Part shown: in pieces, positions 25,479-28,268 of the stretch
How the letters are laid out: each line of letters begins with the position of its first letter
Position numbering within the stretch: position 1 is the first letter of the stretch
Assembly (NCBI GenBank): GCA_964457665.1
Contig: CAYWHQ010000001.1
Location: 1-28,268, forward strand
DNA from: an uncultured Prolixibacteraceae bacterium
GTDB taxonomy: Bacteria > Bacteroidota > Bacteroidia > Bacteroidales > FEN-979
Direction of reading: 5' to 3'
Length of the DNA: 28,268 nucleotides
Notes under the pieces: model-generated
What the model saw: only the letters and a program-made list of their open reading frames with translations
Database searches by the model: none
Told to the model about the DNA's origin: nothing
Translations under genes and position numbers: made by a program

Positions 25479-27209
25479 TCACTCTTCGACCGACCAAAAT
25501 TCTTCTACCTCCCAGTTTGCCCTCAGTTCAATGGTTTTCGGGAGGTAGAAGACTTTCTCAGGTTGCAGTTTCAAACCAAGGTTTCCCGTATCCCAGCGGG
25601 AATTTTTATTTATATCAAAAACCGCTTTGATCTTATAGCGTGAAGGCCTCAGGTATTCAAATCGGAGTTGTTCCGGCCTTGTTATATATTTTTCAATTAT
25701 GATATCCTCTTTTTCGGTGAGGAGCTGAATAATTAAAGGTCCGGGAAGTTCCCGGACGGTCAGGATCAGCGAACCGAATTCTTTCTGGAGGCGGGTTTTG
25801 AAATCATGCCTGATGGTGTCGTGTGAACTGCCGTTCAAAGATATAAAGGTGGAGTCGGGAATGATCAGCCGGTAGCTCTTCCCCTCTTTCCATGCGAAGG
25901 GGATAATGATGGTTCTGTTGATGCTGTCGGCCATTGACCCTCCAGGGAAAGTGGTATCTTTTTCCTGGATGAGGAGAATACGGCTGAAGTCCCATGACCT
26001 GAGCGGAAAGCCGCATTCAATGGTGAAGTTTCCTGTGAATTGGTTGAATGTACCTGTTTTTCCTGGGCTGCTTATCTGAAGTACAGGAAGATCATCCTCT
26101 TTTTCTCCCTTTTTCTTTTTTCCAGGAGGGCGAAGTGAGAGTTCCAGGGTGTCGATTATCTGGTCGGGTTCTGTCAGCACAGCTTTGAGTGTATCAGGTA
26201 CCTTGCCTGTAAACCAGAAGGTAAGGGTGTCTTTGCGGGAATTTAATTCGGAGAGTATTCCCTCCGGGATGGAGTCTTCTGTCAGGGGAACGAGCCTGGG
26301 ATTGATGGAAGGGAAACGCAGCAGTATCTTCAGGCATCCGGGGGTGGGAATGGCAGTTTTGGCTATGGCCTGGGCAGAGTCAATCTGTTCAAAGAGGCGT
26401 ATGGTATTGACTTGGAGTGTATCCCTCACAGTGTCGGTAGCCATGACCTCATTTGCTGTGGTATCAGCAATAACCGATGTATCGTTTACGACGGGTTTAA
26501 TATAAACCGGCAGAATAAGGCTGTCGGCAAAACCGATGAGTTCTGATGGCTGATCATAAAAGTTATTTCCATTCAGATCTTTAAGGGCAATCAGTTTCAT
26601 TTTCCGGTTCATCAGATTACGAAACCTGAATTTCCCGTCTTCGCCGGAGCGCGCCAGATAGTAAGGTTTGATCCTGAATGGAAGCGAATCGAAAGGGATG
26701 GTGTCGTTATTGTCCAGATAGAGGAGCAGGGAGATCTCTTTCTGGGGAGTGAGATTGAAGGCACTGATAACCTTACCTTCCAGAGACAGGGAGTCAATAC
26801 TGGTTCCGGTAGAAAAAACATAGGAGAAATCCGCAAGGGGATTACTTTCTGTAAGATCGGAGATGCATTTGCCAAAATTGAAGATATAGGTGGTATTGGC
26901 CCTTAATGAATCGTTCAGTTGCACGATAAGGCTTTTACCTCTGAGGCGAAAGTCGGGTGCTTCAGATAAAGGAGGGGAGATCGTGACTTCTGTCGAGGTA
27001 TTTTTCAGGTTGACGAATTCGTCGAAGATTATCCTGAAAGATTTTTCTCTGAATCCTGTGGAGAAGTTCGGTGGTTCGCATGCAAGGACTTCCGGTGGCC
27101 GGATATCTTTTGGACCTCCGGTTGGAGTGACAGGATTTGCACAACCGAATAAGATCAGGGTAAGTGTAATAAAACAGAGAAGACGAAATTGCAGATTACA
27201 GGGTTCCAC
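25479..27209 (-). CDS. Lipoprotein with an N-terminal bacterial Ig-like (Big_5-type) domain
   Basis: Lipobox LFGC then ANPVTPTGGPKD..PP, FDEFV.L, TTYIFNFGKCISDLTESN and YVFSTG..IDSL. C-terminal W.TGN...QPE...IELRANWEVE as in a common Bacteroidota family. GTG start. Confidence 0.82.
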   Translation of the reverse strand: MEPCNLQFRLLCFITLTLILFGCANPVTPTGGPKDIRPPEVLACEPPNFSTGFREKSFRIIFDEFVNLKNTSTEVTISPPLSEAPDFRLRGKSLIVQLNDSLRANTTYIFNFGKCISDLTESNPLADFSYVFSTGTSIDSLSLEGKVISAFNLTPQKEISLLLYLDNNDTIPFDSLPFRIKPYYLARSGEDGKFRFRNLMNRKMKLIALKDLNGNNFYDQPSELIGFADSLILPVYIKPVVNDTSVIADTTANEVMATDTVRDTLQVNTIRLFEQIDSAQAIAKTAIPTPGCLKILLRFPSINPRLVPLTEDSIPEGILSELNSRKDTLTFWFTGKVPDTLKAVLTEPDQIIDTLELSLRPPGKKKKGEKEDDLPVLQISSPGKTGTFNQFTGNFTIECGFPLRSWDFSRILLIQEKDTTFPGGSMADSINRTIIIPFAWKEGKSYRLIIPDSTFISLNGSSHDTIRHDFKTRLQKEFGSLILTVRELPGPLIIQLLTEKEDIIIEKYITRPEQLRFEYLRPSRYKIKAVFDINKNSRWDTGNLGLKLQPEKVFYLPKTIELRANWEVEEFWSVEE

Positions 27210-27235
27210 CGGTATGCGATCAGTGTTTGAAAGCC

Positions 27236-27243
27236 CAAAATTA
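27236..27243 (-). promoter_or_regulatory. -7 promoter element for the Ig-like lipoprotein gene
   Basis: The minus strand reads TAATTTTG, an exact match. GTTG at 27262-27265 lies 18 nt upstream and is a possible -33 element. Confidence 0.65.
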
Positions 27244-27276
27244 CCAATCGTTTAAATGAAACAACTTTTTTTTTAG

Positions 27277-27284
27277 TATTTTTA
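27277..27284 (+). promoter_or_regulatory. Candidate -7 element for yebC (variant TAnnTTTA)
   Basis: TATTTTTA(CG) has one mismatch and lies 27 nt before the ATG. Confidence 0.35.
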
Positions 27285-27311
27285 CGCTTTATAAGTTATA
27301 AATGTTTATTT

Positions 27312-28052
27312 ATGTCAGGACACAATAAATGGTCAACGATCAAGCGTAAGAAAGGGGCACTTGATGCCAAGCGCAGCAAGATTTTTTCGAAGATAATCAA
27401 AGATATTACCATTGCTGTAAAAGATGGCGGAGCTGATCCTGACGGTAATCCGCGGCTCAGGCTTGCCATTGCAAATGCAAAAGGTGCGAGTATGCCCAAA
27501 GAGAACATTCAGCGGGCAATCAATAAGGGTTCTGATAAGGATGCTGCTGCGTTGATTGAGACCACTTATGAAGGCAAAGGTCCGCACGGGGTGGCCATTT
27601 TTGTGGAATGCACCACGGATAATCTTCAGCGGACGGTCTCCAACATCCGTGCATATTTCAACAAGCATGGCGGCGAGTTGGGCACGAATGGTTCTCTTGC
27701 ATATTTATTTGAAAGAAAAGGGATTTTTGAAGTTCCGAAGGAAGGATTGAATCAGGAGGAGTTTGAGATGGAACTTATCGATGCGGGAGCAGAGGATATC
27801 ACCCTGGAGGATGACACGATTTCCATCACAACCGCCATGGAAGATTTCGGCCTGATGATGAAAAAACTTGAGCAGCTGAAAGTTGAACCCGAAAGTGCTT
27901 CACTTCAGCGAATTCCAAGATCTTCCGTCAATCTTGAGGAAGATGCTGTCCGGAAGGTGCTGAAGCTGATCGATATTCTGGAAGAGGATGATGACGTACA
28001 AAATGTATATCACAATCTGAACATACCCGATGAGATGGCCGAAAGGCTTTAG
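27312..28052 (+). CDS. yebC: YebC/PmpR family protein
   Basis: MSGHNKWSTIKRKKG, GGADPDGNPRLR, YEGKGPHGVAIFVECTTDN..RT, GSLAYLFERKG and EEDDDVQNVYHN. Confidence 0.97.
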   Translation: MSGHNKWSTIKRKKGALDAKRSKIFSKIIKDITIAVKDGGADPDGNPRLRLAIANAKGASMPKENIQRAINKGSDKDAAALIETTYEGKGPHGVAIFVECTTDNLQRTVSNIRAYFNKHGGELGTNGSLAYLFERKGIFEVPKEGLNQEEFEMELIDAGAEDITLEDDTISITTAMEDFGLMMKKLEQLKVEPESASLQRIPRSSVNLEEDAVRKVLKLIDILEEDDDVQNVYHNLNIPDEMAERL

Positions 28053-28268
28053 ACCTCGCAGATAAACTGCGTCAGGTTCGTTCCTTTTCCCAATTGCAGT
28101 TTCTTTCTCAGTCTGATCCGGGATATCTCGGTACTGGGAGCCGTTATTTTAAGGATATGGGAGATCTCTTTCGTATTCAGATTCATTCTGAGCAGGGCGC
28201 ACAATTTATGATCATTGGGGGTAAGTTGCGGAAATTGTTTGCGTAACCTGTCGAAGAAACCCGGGTGA
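28049..28268 (-). CDS. C-terminal LuxR-type HTH of a regulator (5' end outside the window; absent from the ORF track)
   Basis: My translation of the minus strand from 28267 reads HPGFFDRLRKQFPQLTPNDHKLCALLRMNLNTKEISHILKITAPSTEISRIRLRKKLQLGKGTNLTQFICEV*, with TAA at 28051-28049. This is the typical end of Bacteroidota TPR/membrane-anchored LuxR regulators. Confidence 0.88.
   Translation of the reverse strand, partial: HPGFFDRLRKQFPQLTPNDHKLCALLRMNLNTKEISHILKITAPSTEISRIRLRKKLQLGKGTNLTQFICEV

Noticed and set aside
1-28268. CRISPR arrays, IS elements, prophage, tRNA/rRNA, invertible promoters, defence genes, recoded stop codons
   Set aside because: All intergenic gaps are about 220 nt or less with no repeat-spacer units or terminal inverted repeats, no transposase, integrase or nuclease motifs were seen, and TAA, TAG and TGA all end conserved genes at the expected positions.

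Overview
This is a mostly core-genome segment from a Bacteroidota bacterium, probably an environmental Bacteroidia/Bacteroidales lineage. The lineage call rests on TAnnTTTG promoters, a type IX secretion locus and a pheT gene that stands apart from pheS. Gene order: 5'-truncated M23 peptidase, dxr, rseP; yitT on the minus strand; the T9SS/gliding motor cluster porP-gldK-gldL-gldM-gldN running into recG; pheT; an orphan nucleotide-sugar dehydrogenase; a receiver-less sigma54 activator (bEBP), lptE, a TPR-like hypothetical and secG; groES-groEL; a DUF4468-like gene, rlmN and adenine deaminase; an ArsR regulator; a large Ig-like lipoprotein on the minus strand; yebC; and the 3' end of a LuxR-type HTH gene that the ORF track missed. 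I found no mobile element, CRISPR array, tRNA or rRNA. The best candidate for an under-described system is a possible sigma54 envelope/proteostasis circuit. It pairs a PspF-like activator with no sensor domain, clustered with lptE, the TPR gene and secG, with a groESL upstream region that lacks CIRCE and the housekeeping promoter but shows an enhancer-like repeat array, an A-tract and a -24/-12-like element. Other notable points are a GldL whose cytoplasmic tail is extended by heptad-phased tandem repeats and a lipoprotein with 17 Bacteroidota O-glycosylation motifs. All functional links are inferences made by reading the sequence; no database searches were run.
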